Counted from the stretch's first letter, positions 47,889 through 58,518 are shown. The stretch is 64,000 nucleotides of DNA from Candidatus Bathyarchaeia archaeon (GCA_038882955.1 JAVZNC010000006.1:16442-80441), one strand, 5' to 3'. The notes: a model not told the origin generated them from the letters alone. Made by a program: numbers and translations.

Positions 47889-49934
47889 TTGAAAAAACTG
47901 TTTCTTATAGTCGTTGTTCTATTAATGACCACTTTCGTGTTTACCCCTTTTGCAAGGGCAGATGAAGCGAGAATCTGGACGGATAAAGATGATTATAGCC
48001 CAAGTGAAACTGTGACAATTTTTGGTGAAGGTTTCCTGCCGAATGAGCAGGTTACGATTATGATTAAGGCTCCAGATTTGAGTGTTGACATAATTTATGC
48101 TTGGACTAATAGGTCTGGCGCTTTCTCTGCGCAATATGTCTTGGATGGAAAGCAAGGAACATACATGGTGACAGCTTCAGACGGAACTAACATTGCAACA
48201 ACGACATTTACTGATAGGGTGTGGTCCGTCAGCGTTTCGCCTACCTCAGCTGCTGTACCACTAGGAGGTTCAGCTACGGCAACTGTGAGTGTTACCGCAA
48301 ATCCAGCGGGAGGTCCAGAAGTGGATTTGTGGGCTGCTGGCCAGCCGGACGGCGTCACTGTTAGCTTCTCCCCATCTAAGGGTGTACCTCCCTTCACTTC
48401 CATAATGAGTGTTAATGTTAGTCCATCGGCTAATCTTGGCACACACTTGATTAACATCGTCGTTTTCACAGGCGTTCCTGGGAATCCAAGTTATTCTGAG
48501 AAAGCACGAACCAGCTTCACACTTACTATAACTGGCATTCCGCCTTCAACTGTTTCAATTACAGTAACTTCAAGCCCTGTTACAGGCGAAGGTTTTGTCA
48601 AGGTTGACAGTGTGCTGGTTACAACTCCAGCAACCTTCAGCTGGACTGTGGGCTCTACTCACACTCTTGAGGCGCTTTCTCCGGTTCCGAGTTCAACAGG
48701 CATGAGATATGTTTGGACAAGTTGGAGTGATGGTGGCGCTCAAACTCATACCTATGTGGTTCAAGACTTTGACCAGACGATAACAGCCTACTATAAAACG
48801 CAATACTATTTGACGGTGTCTTCTGCTTACGGTACAACAGGCGGAGAGGGATGGTATGATTCTGGCCAAACTGCATATGCTGAAGTAAACGCCTTAATAG
48901 TTTCTGGTTCGGCAGGTACACGTTACGTCTTCATTAATTGGAGTGGCGATGCATCGGGTAACACCTCGCCTTCCAACCCGATAGTCATGGATGCTCCTAA
49001 AACGGCAGTGGCCAACTGGAAGACTCAATACGAGATTACAGTTACTGCCAGCCCGAGCGGTGCTTTAGGAGGAACATTTAAAGTTACATATACTCAATGC
49101 GGGACTACGTATGCAAATGTTCAGAAAACTACTCCATGGACAGAGTGGACTGACGCGGACACGGTGGTAGCTGTATCTGAACCTCAAAACATTGTTAATG
49201 GGTATCAATTTAACCAATATAGTCCTTCATCTAGTGCTACAATGACCCAGCCTAAAACGATCATACTTGTATATGTTCAAGTTGGAGCCTTATCTGTTTC
49301 TATTAGTCCCTCTACAGCTAAAATTAAGGTTGGGGAGTCCATGGCTTTCACGTCTTCTGTTTCTGGCGGCTTGCCTTCATACTCTTATCAATGGTATCTT
49401 AATGGAAGCGCTGTTTCGGGTGCAACATCTCAGTCTTGGACTTTTACGCCGACCACAACCGGATACTTCATTGTTTATTTGAAAGTTACAGATAGCGCTT
49501 CTCAAACCGTGAATTCAAATGAGGCCTCTGTGACCGTGGCGCCGCAACTAGTGGTTTCGATTTCCCCGATGTCAGCCTCAATTCTGGTGGGTCAGTCTGT
49601 GGATTTCAGCTCAACTGTTTCAGGGGGATATTTGCCATACAGTTATCAATGGTATTTGAATGATGCACCAGTTTCAGGCGCAACCTCAAGCAGTTGGAAT
49701 TTCACTCCAGCGACAAGTGGCATATACTATGTATACTTGAAAGTGACAGACGCCAACAATAATGTTGTCCAATCAGCGACAGCCAGAATATCAGTGGCAT
49801 CTGTTTCAGTGGGAGGATACTCAATATCACTTGCTAAAACAACACCAGTGTCTCAAATGGCTGCGTATGCTATGCTAATTGTCTTTTTTGCTGCTTTGTT
49901 AAGCGTGGTAAAGCGCGGGAGAAAACTGTTCTAA
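47889..49934 (+). CDS. Membrane-anchored cell-surface protein with Ig/PKD-like and InlB-B-like repeats and VGG-TM tail
   Basis: Signal peptide; TDKDDYSP.ETV domain; TQYYLTV..GEGWY repeats; two YSYQWYLN repeats; VGGYS...TM...KRGRK. Confidence 0.8.
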   Translation: MKKLFLIVVVLLMTTFVFTPFARADEARIWTDKDDYSPSETVTIFGEGFLPNEQVTIMIKAPDLSVDIIYAWTNRSGAFSAQYVLDGKQGTYMVTASDGTNIATTTFTDRVWSVSVSPTSAAVPLGGSATATVSVTANPAGGPEVDLWAAGQPDGVTVSFSPSKGVPPFTSIMSVNVSPSANLGTHLINIVVFTGVPGNPSYSEKARTSFTLTITGIPPSTVSITVTSSPVTGEGFVKVDSVLVTTPATFSWTVGSTHTLEALSPVPSSTGMRYVWTSWSDGGAQTHTYVVQDFDQTITAYYKTQYYLTVSSAYGTTGGEGWYDSGQTAYAEVNALIVSGSAGTRYVFINWSGDASGNTSPSNPIVMDAPKTAVANWKTQYEITVTASPSGALGGTFKVTYTQCGTTYANVQKTTPWTEWTDADTVVAVSEPQNIVNGYQFNQYSPSSSATMTQPKTIILVYVQVGALSVSISPSTAKIKVGESMAFTSSVSGGLPSYSYQWYLNGSAVSGATSQSWTFTPTTTGYFIVYLKVTDSASQTVNSNEASVTVAPQLVVSISPMSASILVGQSVDFSSTVSGGYLPYSYQWYLNDAPVSGATSSSWNFTPATSGIYYVYLKVTDANNNVVQSATARISVASVSVGGYSISLAKTTPVSQMAAYAMLIVFFAALLSVVKRGRKLF

Positions 49935-50055
49935 GCGTTGGATTTTAGATGCAGCCTTCACGATTGCTTAGGTTACTGTTGGTTTGAGTTAAGACTTTTA
50001 GAAAGCCTTTTAGGACAATAGATAAATGTGCTGGAGCTTTGTGTGGAGTGTTAGT

Positions 50056-51834
50056 TTATTTTTTGTTTGAGACGTAGACGTTTATGCTTGTTTGGGCGGT
50101 GTTGCCTGCGTTGTCGTAGGCTTTCGCTGTGATTGTGTGCCATCCATCTTTGACTGATCTTGTGTTCCAGCGGTATGTGTAGGGTTCCGTGTTGTCTGTG
50201 GCTACTAGTCTGTCATCTATGTAGAATTCTACTTTGCTTATTCCTGATTCGTCGGTTGCTTCGGCTTTTATGTCAATTATTTTTGAGACTGTTGAGCCGC
50301 TTTGGGGTTGAATGATTTTTAGCATTGGTGGATTTGTGTCTATAGTTCTTGTTACAGTGTTGTTGATGGTGACGGAGACTGTGTTTGACTCGCCGATGTT
50401 GCCTGCTTTGTCGTAAGCCTTCGCTTGAAGCATGTATATTCCGTTTGTTTCGCTAGTTGTGTCCCAATAGAATTCGTATGGAGCTTCTGTGTCTGTGGCG
50501 AATAGTGTTCCGTTTTTGTATAGTTCAACTTTTGAGACGGCTGTGTTGTCGTTTGCTTGGACTGTGACTGTTATGTTTCCTGATATTGTTGTTCCGTTTT
50601 CTGGATACGTTATTGTGACGTTTGGCGGTGTTGTGTCTGGGGGTGGTGGAGAAACGCCTATGGCTTGTTGTAGGGCTTTTGAGGCGTTTATTCTTCCCCA
50701 TCCGTAGTGTATGTCGTAGCCTTGTTCGCCTAGGTCTACGGCTGTTGTTTTGAGTATTTGTTCCACTTGCTGCGGTGTTAGTGATGGGTTGGCTGAGAAA
50801 ATTAGGGCTATTAGGCCTGCGGTTAGGGGTGTGGAGAAAGATGTCCCAGATACACTTCCATAACCTCCTCCTCGCAATGTTGTGTATATGCCTGAGCCTG
50901 GTGCGGCTAAGTCTATGAATGGACCATAAGTGGACCAAGAGGCTATGGTGTCACTGCCAGTAGTTGCACTTACCGAGATGATGTATGGATTGTCTGGATC
51001 ATCACAGTATGTACCGGAGTTTCCTCCAGCTCCTACAGCTAAACCACCTTTCTCCATAAAGTATTTAGCGGCACTGGAGAGGGCAGAGCCTCCATATATT
51101 GCGAAACTCATCGTTGCGGTCTTTGCCCCTTTGTCTGCAGCATACACTAAGCCCTTAGACAACAGCGAATAGGAAGTGTACCCGCTCGGGTCGGTTGCTC
51201 TTATTGGAAGGATTAGGCATTGCCATGCCATTCCAGCCACGCCTAAAGCATTGCTCGTTATGGCTGCTGCTACGCCTGCAACTGCTGTTCCGTGACCGTA
51301 AACGTCGCTTGTGTTGTAGCTGTTGTCATAGAAGTTGTATCCGGATAGTAGTTTGGCGGCTAGGTCTGGGTGGTTGGGGTCTACGCCGCTGTCGAGAACA
51401 GCCACTATAATGTTGCTGTTTCCTGTTGAGATGTCCCATGCTGCTGGCGCCTCAATTTTTGTTAGGTGCCACTGTTTTGTGTAGTAGGGGTCATTTGGTA
51501 TTGCTTCTGGCGGTATTTGGCGGTTTTCCTCTACAAAGTCTATCATTGGGTTATGTGACAACGCGTTTATAACTTGTGTTAGGGCTTTTTCGGGAACTCT
51601 TATAATTAGGGTTTGGATTTGCGGGATTTCGTCGACGACTTCGAGCTCTAGTGCTGTTAGGAGTTTTCTTTTGGAGTTTTCATTTACTCCTGATTTGAAT
51701 CTTAATAGTAGTTCGCTTTTTTCTGTATTTTCTGATGCAGGGTTTGTGGCATAAACTGTTATGGTTGCTGTGAGGGCTAATGTTAGTATAAGGATTAGGG
51801 TGGTCATATTTTTAATTTGGTTTTGTTTTGTCAT
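50056..51834 (-). CDS. Secreted S8 (subtilisin-like) serine protease with two C-terminal Ig-like domains
   Basis: VAVLDSG, HGTAVAG, SGTSFSTP triad; two DT.PP...AKAYD.AGN Ig-like domains. Confidence 0.93.
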   Translation of the reverse strand: MTKQNQIKNMTTLILILTLALTATITVYATNPASENTEKSELLLRFKSGVNENSKRKLLTALELEVVDEIPQIQTLIIRVPEKALTQVINALSHNPMIDFVEENRQIPPEAIPNDPYYTKQWHLTKIEAPAAWDISTGNSNIIVAVLDSGVDPNHPDLAAKLLSGYNFYDNSYNTSDVYGHGTAVAGVAAAITSNALGVAGMAWQCLILPIRATDPSGYTSYSLLSKGLVYAADKGAKTATMSFAIYGGSALSSAAKYFMEKGGLAVGAGGNSGTYCDDPDNPYIISVSATTGSDTIASWSTYGPFIDLAAPGSGIYTTLRGGGYGSVSGTSFSTPLTAGLIALIFSANPSLTPQQVEQILKTTAVDLGEQGYDIHYGWGRINASKALQQAIGVSPPPPDTTPPNVTITYPENGTTISGNITVTVQANDNTAVSKVELYKNGTLFATDTEAPYEFYWDTTSETNGIYMLQAKAYDKAGNIGESNTVSVTINNTVTRTIDTNPPMLKIIQPQSGSTVSKIIDIKAEATDESGISKVEFYIDDRLVATDNTEPYTYRWNTRSVKDGWHTITAKAYDNAGNTAQTSINVYVSNKK

Positions 51835-51965
51835 CTTACAACCTCTTTATATTGTTTATTAATATTTAATATTCTAACTCATAATTACAAGCGATTATTA
51901 CAACTTAATAAAACTTACCGTTTACTTGTCAAACACAGATACACCAGAATATAATTAACAAATTC

Positions 51966-52043
51966 AACATGGGTTGAGAATGGTTTAGACAATTACTGAT
52001 AGAAAACTCATACACACTTGTTGTGCATTAAGTTTTAATAACC
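51966..52043 (+). promoter_or_regulatory. Upstream promoter module, copy 2 (similar to 47761-47837)
   Basis: Same ordered motif blocks ending in TTTTAATA about 55 nt before ATG 52096. Confidence 0.5.
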
Positions 52044-52095
52044 GTTCTCCTCACAATAATACTGTTGCTCAGTATACTGAGTAGGAGAAAGGAAA

Positions 52096-53586
52096 ATGAA
52101 AAAGTTGGCAATAGCGCTATTGTTGGTTGCAATGCTGATGATTTCAACAACGCTCATAGCGATTCCAATTACAAGATGCGAAGAAGAAGACCCAATACAC
52201 ATATACTACCAAGGAAACAAGATTTCAGATGGGCCAGGTCCAATTGTTTGGACGGGACCATGCACAACAGAATCGTTTACATTTACCGTTGTGATCCAGT
52301 GGGATTCTTTGCCTGACCCGGATAAAGTTAATTGGTGTACGGTTCAAATGGTTGAGAAATCAGGCTTCGGAATAACCTTTGTTCCATCAAGCACTAAATT
52401 GTATAACCCGTCGCCAAACTCCATATCGGTAGAGGTGACAGTTCCTGTTGCGGGCCTTCCATCAGGAACTTATTATGCACAGATATATGCAGACGTTACC
52501 GGCCAAGGCCCTAAATCACAGCCCGCGGTTGCTGGAACAAATGGATACTTCAGATTCGTGAAAGAAGTTTGTGTTCCTCCAGCACAATACTTTAACTTGG
52601 TTGTTCAAACAGACCCGCTTGGCATTGTGGAGATTCCAGGCTCAGGCACCTATGAGAAGTGTACCTATGTTGAGTTAACAGCGCCCGAGTTTGTTGAGGT
52701 AAGCGATTGTTTCCGCTACAGGTTTGACTACTGGGATGTTGACGGAACACCCGTGGAGGGCAACCCAATAACCGTTCATATGGACGCCGATCACACTGTC
52801 ACAGCCCACTACGTCGAACAATACTACTTGACAGTGAAGACAGACCCAGAAGGCTTGGTAACGATTCCTGGCGAAGGCTGGTACGACAAAGGCACTGATG
52901 TAGGGTTAACTGCGCCCGAAGTCGCTGGCTACATATTTGTCTATTGGGATGTTGACGGAACACCCGTGGAGGGCAACCCAATAACGGTTACGATGGACAC
53001 TTGTCACGCTGCCACAGCCCACTACTGGCCAGAACTCGAATACAAACAGTTTGTAACAGACAGCAGCTTCAACGTAATTGAAAGATTCGACACCGTTTGG
53101 ACGCCAAAAGACATGAAGAAGACCACGTTTAAGTTGGCTTCAACTAACCCAGGACAATTCATGCTCAACATAGTAATCCACAACACATGGCCAGAGGCAA
53201 TCAGCCCAGTAACAATAACCTTCACCATCGACCCAGACTTCATACTCAAAGGCGCAGACCCAATACAAGTGCATGATGGCTACGGAAAAACAGGAAACAG
53301 GATACCTGCAACAGTAAACTTCGACCCAGTAACCAGAGTTGGCACAGTGACAATTGAAAATATAGACCCGTGCACAACATACTACATAACAGTCCACATG
53401 GAATACGGACCAGCACGAGAATACTTCACAAAAACAGAAATGCTAGAGTGGAAACTATATCACGCATCTAACACCTTCTACTGCGGCTATAGGGTGATAG
53501 TTCCAGGACCATTCCCATTCATAATCACAAGCACAACGTCAACAACAATCCACGACCCAGTAGTAGTCCTAGGCTTAGAAGACTAA
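52096..53586 (+). CDS. Secreted hypothetical protein with two internal InlB-B-like repeats
   Basis: Signal peptide; duplicated YWDVDGTPVEGNPITV.MD; STNPGQF C-terminal domain. Confidence 0.8.
   Translation: MKKLAIALLLVAMLMISTTLIAIPITRCEEEDPIHIYYQGNKISDGPGPIVWTGPCTTESFTFTVVIQWDSLPDPDKVNWCTVQMVEKSGFGITFVPSSTKLYNPSPNSISVEVTVPVAGLPSGTYYAQIYADVTGQGPKSQPAVAGTNGYFRFVKEVCVPPAQYFNLVVQTDPLGIVEIPGSGTYEKCTYVELTAPEFVEVSDCFRYRFDYWDVDGTPVEGNPITVHMDADHTVTAHYVEQYYLTVKTDPEGLVTIPGEGWYDKGTDVGLTAPEVAGYIFVYWDVDGTPVEGNPITVTMDTCHAATAHYWPELEYKQFVTDSSFNVIERFDTVWTPKDMKKTTFKLASTNPGQFMLNIVIHNTWPEAISPVTITFTIDPDFILKGADPIQVHDGYGKTGNRIPATVNFDPVTRVGTVTIENIDPCTTYYITVHMEYGPAREYFTKTEMLEWKLYHASNTFYCGYRVIVPGPFPFIITSTTSTTIHDPVVVLGLED
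52732..52985 (+). repeat. 41-nt exact direct repeat (52732-52772 and 52945-52985)
   Basis: TGGGATGTTGACGGAACACCCGTGGAGGGCAACCCAATAAC occurs twice. Confidence 0.85.
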
Positions 53587-53749
53587 ACAAAACCTAATCT
53601 CCCACCTTTTTTATCTTTAAAACACCATTGTCAGAGGCATAAATATGCCCCATAACCCAAAACACATAGATGATTCTTCGATAATCCATAAATCACAGCC
53701 CAAAAATATATTATATATGAAAACGGAGAGGGGAGAGACTTATAAAAAC

Positions 53750-55093
53750 ATGAAGAATAAAATGCTGCCCCACATAATGTTAACAATTCTTCTAATCAGT
53801 CTAATCACCTTAACTTTTAACCTAAAAACAGTCCAAGCGGAAGATACAATTTACATTCGCCCAGACGGCTCAGTCGACCCCCCAACAGCTCCAATCAGCC
53901 GCTCTGGAAACATTTACACATTCACAGCAAACATTAACGAATCAATAGTAATAGAAAAAGACAACATAATAATAAATGGAAACGGCTACACGCTTCAAGG
54001 CGCACCTCCAAGCTACGGGTTCACACTAAATAACCGAAACAATGTAACCATAAGAAACGTTTTCATAATAGGATTCCGCTACGGCATATTCCTAAATTTC
54101 ACAACAAGCAACATCATAGAACTTAACGCCATGACAAACTGCGACAGAGGAGGCATATGGCTACAAAACTCAACAGGAAACACGATAGCCAAAAACGCCA
54201 TAACAAACAGCTACTGCGGAATCCTACTAACATGGTCCAACACCACAAACACCATCACAAACAACACTGTGAGAAACAACCCCTTCGGCATCATGCTAAT
54301 AGGCTCAACCAACAACATAATCACAGAAAACACAATCGCCAACAACACCGTAGCAGGCATATACCTAGACCGATCCGACAACAACCAAATCTACCACAAC
54401 AACATAATCGCCAATACGCCACAAGCAACAATATCAGAATCAACATGCACATGGGACAACGGCTACCCATCAGGCGGGAACTACTGGAGCGACTACACGG
54501 GAACAGACAACAACCACGACGGTATAGGCGACACGCCATACACTATAGACGAAAACAACACAGACAGATACCCACTAATGAACACACGAGGAACACATGA
54601 TCTAGCAGTCACCAACACAACTATTTCAAAAACAGTCATAGGCCAAGGATACACGGCAGAAATAAGCATCACCATCCAAAACCAAGGCACCCAAACCCAA
54701 ATCTTCGACCTAACAATCTACGCCAACACAAGCGTCATCCAAACACTCACGCTCTATTTACTAAGCGGAAACACAACCACCCACACAATCACATGGAACA
54801 CAACAGGCTGGACAAAAGGCTCCTACACACTAAGAACTTCAGTCACCATAATTCCAGCTGAAACAGACACAGCCGACAACACCTTCACCTACGGAACCGT
54901 AAAAATTACAGTTCCAGGCGACATAGACGGAGACCGCGACATAGACATATACGACATAGTAAAAATAGCCTCGGCATACGGCGCCAAAATAGGCGAACAA
55001 CGATACCTCCCAAACGCAGACATAGATAGCAACGGCGAAATAAACATTTACGACGTTGTAATCGCCACATCACGCTACGGATACATAGAATAA
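53750..55093 (+). CDS. Secreted NosD/CASH beta-helix protein with CARDB-like domain and C-terminal dockerin
   Basis: Signal peptide, GI.L..S..N.I..N repeats, WDNGYPSGGNYWSDY, GDIDGDRDIDIYD...ADIDSNGEINIYD. Confidence 0.88.
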   Translation: MKNKMLPHIMLTILLISLITLTFNLKTVQAEDTIYIRPDGSVDPPTAPISRSGNIYTFTANINESIVIEKDNIIINGNGYTLQGAPPSYGFTLNNRNNVTIRNVFIIGFRYGIFLNFTTSNIIELNAMTNCDRGGIWLQNSTGNTIAKNAITNSYCGILLTWSNTTNTITNNTVRNNPFGIMLIGSTNNIITENTIANNTVAGIYLDRSDNNQIYHNNIIANTPQATISESTCTWDNGYPSGGNYWSDYTGTDNNHDGIGDTPYTIDENNTDRYPLMNTRGTHDLAVTNTTISKTVIGQGYTAEISITIQNQGTQTQIFDLTIYANTSVIQTLTLYLLSGNTTTHTITWNTTGWTKGSYTLRTSVTIIPAETDTADNTFTYGTVKITVPGDIDGDRDIDIYDIVKIASAYGAKIGEQRYLPNADIDSNGEINIYDVVIATSRYGYIE

Positions 55094-56825
55094 GAGGAGG
55101 ATAACCACTCAAAATAGGAGATATGAAGGATGAAGAGAAACACAATGACAACAATGTTACTTTCTCTCCTCTTATTCAGCTTGTTATCTTTAACATTTAA
55201 CATACACCTAGCCAAAACAGAACCTGTAACAATAATAGTCCCAGACAATTACCCGACCATACAAGAAGCCATAAACGCAGCAAACCCAGGAGACACCATA
55301 CTAGTATTAGAAGGCACTTATATCGAAAACATAATCGTAAACAAGACAATAACACTTGTTGGAGAAAATCTTCAAAACACAATCATCGACGGCAACGCGA
55401 CCGGAACCGTAGTCCAAGTGACAGCAGACAACGTTTCCATCAGCGGATTTACAATAAAAAACAGCAACTTCACCTACCTTTATTGCGGCGTTTACTTGGA
55501 AGCAGTTGCAAATTGCAATGTTTCAGATAATATTATAATGAACAACTGGTTTGGTATGCGACTAAATAATTCTTCAAACAATATATTGTCAAATAACACG
55601 GTAATTTACAACAAATATGGCATAGAAATATTTTATTCTTGCAACAACACTTTACTAGCCAATAACATGACCAACAACCAGTACAGCTTCGGCATCTGGG
55701 GATCAAATATCGACCATTACATTCAAACCATAGACACATCAAACATTATTAATAGTAAGCCAGTCTATTACTTGGTTAACATACAAAAGGCTGAGGTTCC
55801 AATAGATATAGGTTGCATCATACTTGTAAACTGCACAGAAATTACAATCAAAAACCTCAGCATAACAAATAACGGCGCAGGAATACAACTAGCCTACACA
55901 CGAAACTCTTCTGTAATCAATTGCAATTTTGCAAACAATTTACATGGCATATGGCTCTTCAACAGTTCAGATAACCTAATTTTAAGCAACACCGTAACAG
56001 AAAACCAATACGGCATCTGGCTTTTTTACTCGTTAAACAACACTTTAGCAAACAATACATTAACAAATAACCACTACGGTATTGGGCTAGAAGATTCATT
56101 TAACAATCTAGTCTACCACAATAAATTCGTCAATGAACGCCAAAGATCAGTCTTGAGGTCAGCCAATGTTTGGGATAACGGCTATCCCTCCGGCGGAAAC
56201 TATTGGAGCGATTACACTGGCATCGACCAAAAAAGCGGACCTAACCAAGACCAGCCTGGCAGCGATGGTATAGGCGACACGCCATACACTATAGACGAAA
56301 ACAACACAGACAGATACCCACTAATGGAACCCGCGGCAGTTCATGATGTTGCCATCACAAACATAATCCCTTCTAGAACAGTCGTAGGTCAAGGCTTCAA
56401 CTTCAACATAAACATTCAAGCGACAAACAATGGCAACCGCCTAGAAACCGTCAATATCACCATATACATCAACGCCACACCCATCACACAAACAATCAAC
56501 CTAACACTCGGAACAACAAACATAACCTTCACAATAAACACAACAGGTTGGAATAAAGGCAACTACACCATAAACGCTTATGCCTCGCCAGTCCCAGAAG
56601 AAAACAACGAAGACAACGCCCTCACATACAACGGCACAATCATAATCACAGTTCCAGGAGACACAGACGGCGACGCAGACATAGACATATACGACATCGT
56701 AAAACTAGCCTCAGCTTACGGCTCAAAAATAGGCGAACCCCGCTTCAAACCCAACTGCGACATAGACGGCAACGGCGAAATAAACATTTACGACGTTGTA
56801 ATCGCCACATCACGCTACGGATACA
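54521..56825 (+). repeat. Two exact DNA blocks shared by adjacent paralogues: 60 nt (54521-54580 = 56267-56326) and 57 nt (55029-55085 = 56769-56825)
   Basis: Compared base by base; flanking sequence is diverged. Confidence 0.85.
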
Positions 56826-56836
56826 AAGAACAGTAG
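55130..56836 (+). CDS. Secreted NosD/CASH beta-helix protein with CARDB-like domain and C-terminal dockerin
   Basis: VPDNYPTIQEAINAANPGDTI, beta-helix repeats, WDNGYPSGGNYWSDY, GDTDGDADIDIYD...CDIDGNGEINIYD. Confidence 0.88.
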   Translation: MKRNTMTTMLLSLLLFSLLSLTFNIHLAKTEPVTIIVPDNYPTIQEAINAANPGDTILVLEGTYIENIIVNKTITLVGENLQNTIIDGNATGTVVQVTADNVSISGFTIKNSNFTYLYCGVYLEAVANCNVSDNIIMNNWFGMRLNNSSNNILSNNTVIYNKYGIEIFYSCNNTLLANNMTNNQYSFGIWGSNIDHYIQTIDTSNIINSKPVYYLVNIQKAEVPIDIGCIILVNCTEITIKNLSITNNGAGIQLAYTRNSSVINCNFANNLHGIWLFNSSDNLILSNTVTENQYGIWLFYSLNNTLANNTLTNNHYGIGLEDSFNNLVYHNKFVNERQRSVLRSANVWDNGYPSGGNYWSDYTGIDQKSGPNQDQPGSDGIGDTPYTIDENNTDRYPLMEPAAVHDVAITNIIPSRTVVGQGFNFNINIQATNNGNRLETVNITIYINATPITQTINLTLGTTNITFTINTTGWNKGNYTINAYASPVPEENNEDNALTYNGTIIITVPGDTDGDADIDIYDIVKLASAYGSKIGEPRFKPNCDIDGNGEINIYDVVIATSRYGYKEQ

Positions 56837-56955
56837 ACGCCAAAACAAATCAGCAAATAAACTCTAGAAAAAACTTACTCACTTTAAGTTCATACAACTT
56901 ATATTAATGAGTCCCACTTATTATTATCAAAGAGTAGAAAGGAGAACCTAACAAA

Positions 56956-58452
56956 ATGGAAAAAACCAAATTAGCAGTAGCATTAAGCATCTTAATTCTA
57001 ATTTCAAGCCTAACCATCTTCATAAAACCAGCAACAAGCCAACAAACAACAGTAAAAGTGGACCCATCCCTAACTGAATACTACACAAAAGCAACAGGAC
57101 AGCAATTTACAATCGCAGTGGAAATAGTCGACGTAGAAAACCTTTACGGCTTCGACATAAAACTAAGGTGGAACACAACATGCCTAGAATACGTCAGCCA
57201 CTCCATACGCATACCAAAAAACACTTACCTCGACGGCGTTCTCTGGAACCCGATACTTCCGTTAGAAGATGTGGTTGACACAGACGCCGGAACCTACTGG
57301 ATAGCCTACAGCTCCCTTGCTCCCGCACCATCCTTCAGCGGTTCAGGCACAGTTTTCACAATAACATTTGAAGTAAAATATCAACCGGTGCAGCCTGAAC
57401 CAGACGCAAACATAATGCTGGAACTGTACTCCGCTGATCTCGCAGCCGAAGGCGGTGCACCAATAGATCACACAACTGAAAACGGCACAGTAATACTGCA
57501 CGCTCTTCCACCAGTATCAACATACTTATTTGTACAGCCAACAGTATTCCGAAAATCACAAGGCGTCACATTCACAGCTAACGTATCAATAGAAAACGTC
57601 ACAGACTTATACGCATTTGACATAAGCCTTTACTACAACACAACCCTGCTTGACGCCCTAAGCGTGGCTGAAGGACCATTCCTCAAGTCAGTCGGAGACA
57701 CCATAACAGTAATAAGCGAAGTAAACGATACAGAAGGACGAGTGCGCATGGCAATTGCGCTTTTAGGCGCACCAGCCGGAGCAGACGGAAGTGGAACACT
57801 ATTCACAATAACATTCAAATCCTCCACGGAAACAGTGGGGCCATCATCCCTCAGTTTACAAAACACTGAGCTTTCAAACTATAATGCCGAACTAATTGAC
57901 CACGCTGTCATAGACGGCCAGGTCACTATACTGTTGGTTGAAATACTCACTCACATTGTTGAGGTGGAAGGAGTAGAATACATGTTTGTCACAGCCAGCA
58001 GTTCAGCAATAACAGACTTCAAATACAACCACACCCAGAAAATCATAAACTTTAACGCAACAGGACCAGAAGACATTCTCGGCTTCACCAACATCACAAT
58101 ACCAAAAGCTTTGCTAATTCTACCAGCAAACGACACCTTCATTGTCATATACGACGAAAAAGCAATATACCACACTAGAACAGAGAATGAAACCCACTAC
58201 TTCCTATACTTCACATACGCTCACACTGCTCGCCCAATTGAAACTGAAATTAAGCGTACGCTCATCGGCGACCTCAACGGGGACAGAATCGTAAACATAT
58301 ATGACGTCGTAATCGTAGCCATAGCCTACGACGCGACTCCCGCTGACGCCCGCTGGAATCCCTTAGCCGACCTCGCAGCGCCATGGAACAAAATAACCAT
58401 AACCGACGTGGTCATGGTAACTAGAGTCTACAACAAAGCATGGACACCATAA
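56956..58452 (+). CDS. Secreted protein with two cohesin-like domains and a C-terminal dockerin (adaptor-scaffoldin-like)
   Basis: F...V.I..V.(N/D)LY(G/A)FDI.L..NTT.L and GSGT.FTITF repeated twice; GDLNGDRIVNIYD dockerin. Confidence 0.82.
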   Translation: MEKTKLAVALSILILISSLTIFIKPATSQQTTVKVDPSLTEYYTKATGQQFTIAVEIVDVENLYGFDIKLRWNTTCLEYVSHSIRIPKNTYLDGVLWNPILPLEDVVDTDAGTYWIAYSSLAPAPSFSGSGTVFTITFEVKYQPVQPEPDANIMLELYSADLAAEGGAPIDHTTENGTVILHALPPVSTYLFVQPTVFRKSQGVTFTANVSIENVTDLYAFDISLYYNTTLLDALSVAEGPFLKSVGDTITVISEVNDTEGRVRMAIALLGAPAGADGSGTLFTITFKSSTETVGPSSLSLQNTELSNYNAELIDHAVIDGQVTILLVEILTHIVEVEGVEYMFVTASSSAITDFKYNHTQKIINFNATGPEDILGFTNITIPKALLILPANDTFIVIYDEKAIYHTRTENETHYFLYFTYAHTARPIETEIKRTLIGDLNGDRIVNIYDVVIVAIAYDATPADARWNPLADLAAPWNKITITDVVMVTRVYNKAWTP

Positions 58453-58518
58453 ACTCTGACAATAATTACCTAAAAACCGACGAAAACAAGAAGTAGCTAA
58501 AGTGCCAAATAATAGCTA

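Noticed and set aside
54157-54600. His/Gln/Arg-rich 147-aa overlapping ORF
   Set aside because: An off-frame by-product of the A/C-rich codon usage of the beta-helix gene.
54521-56825. Diversity-generating retroelement TR/VR pair or CRISPR repeats
   Set aside because: The blocks are exact, in-frame and present in only two copies, with no adenine-specific mismatches, spacers, reverse transcriptase or cas genes in the window.
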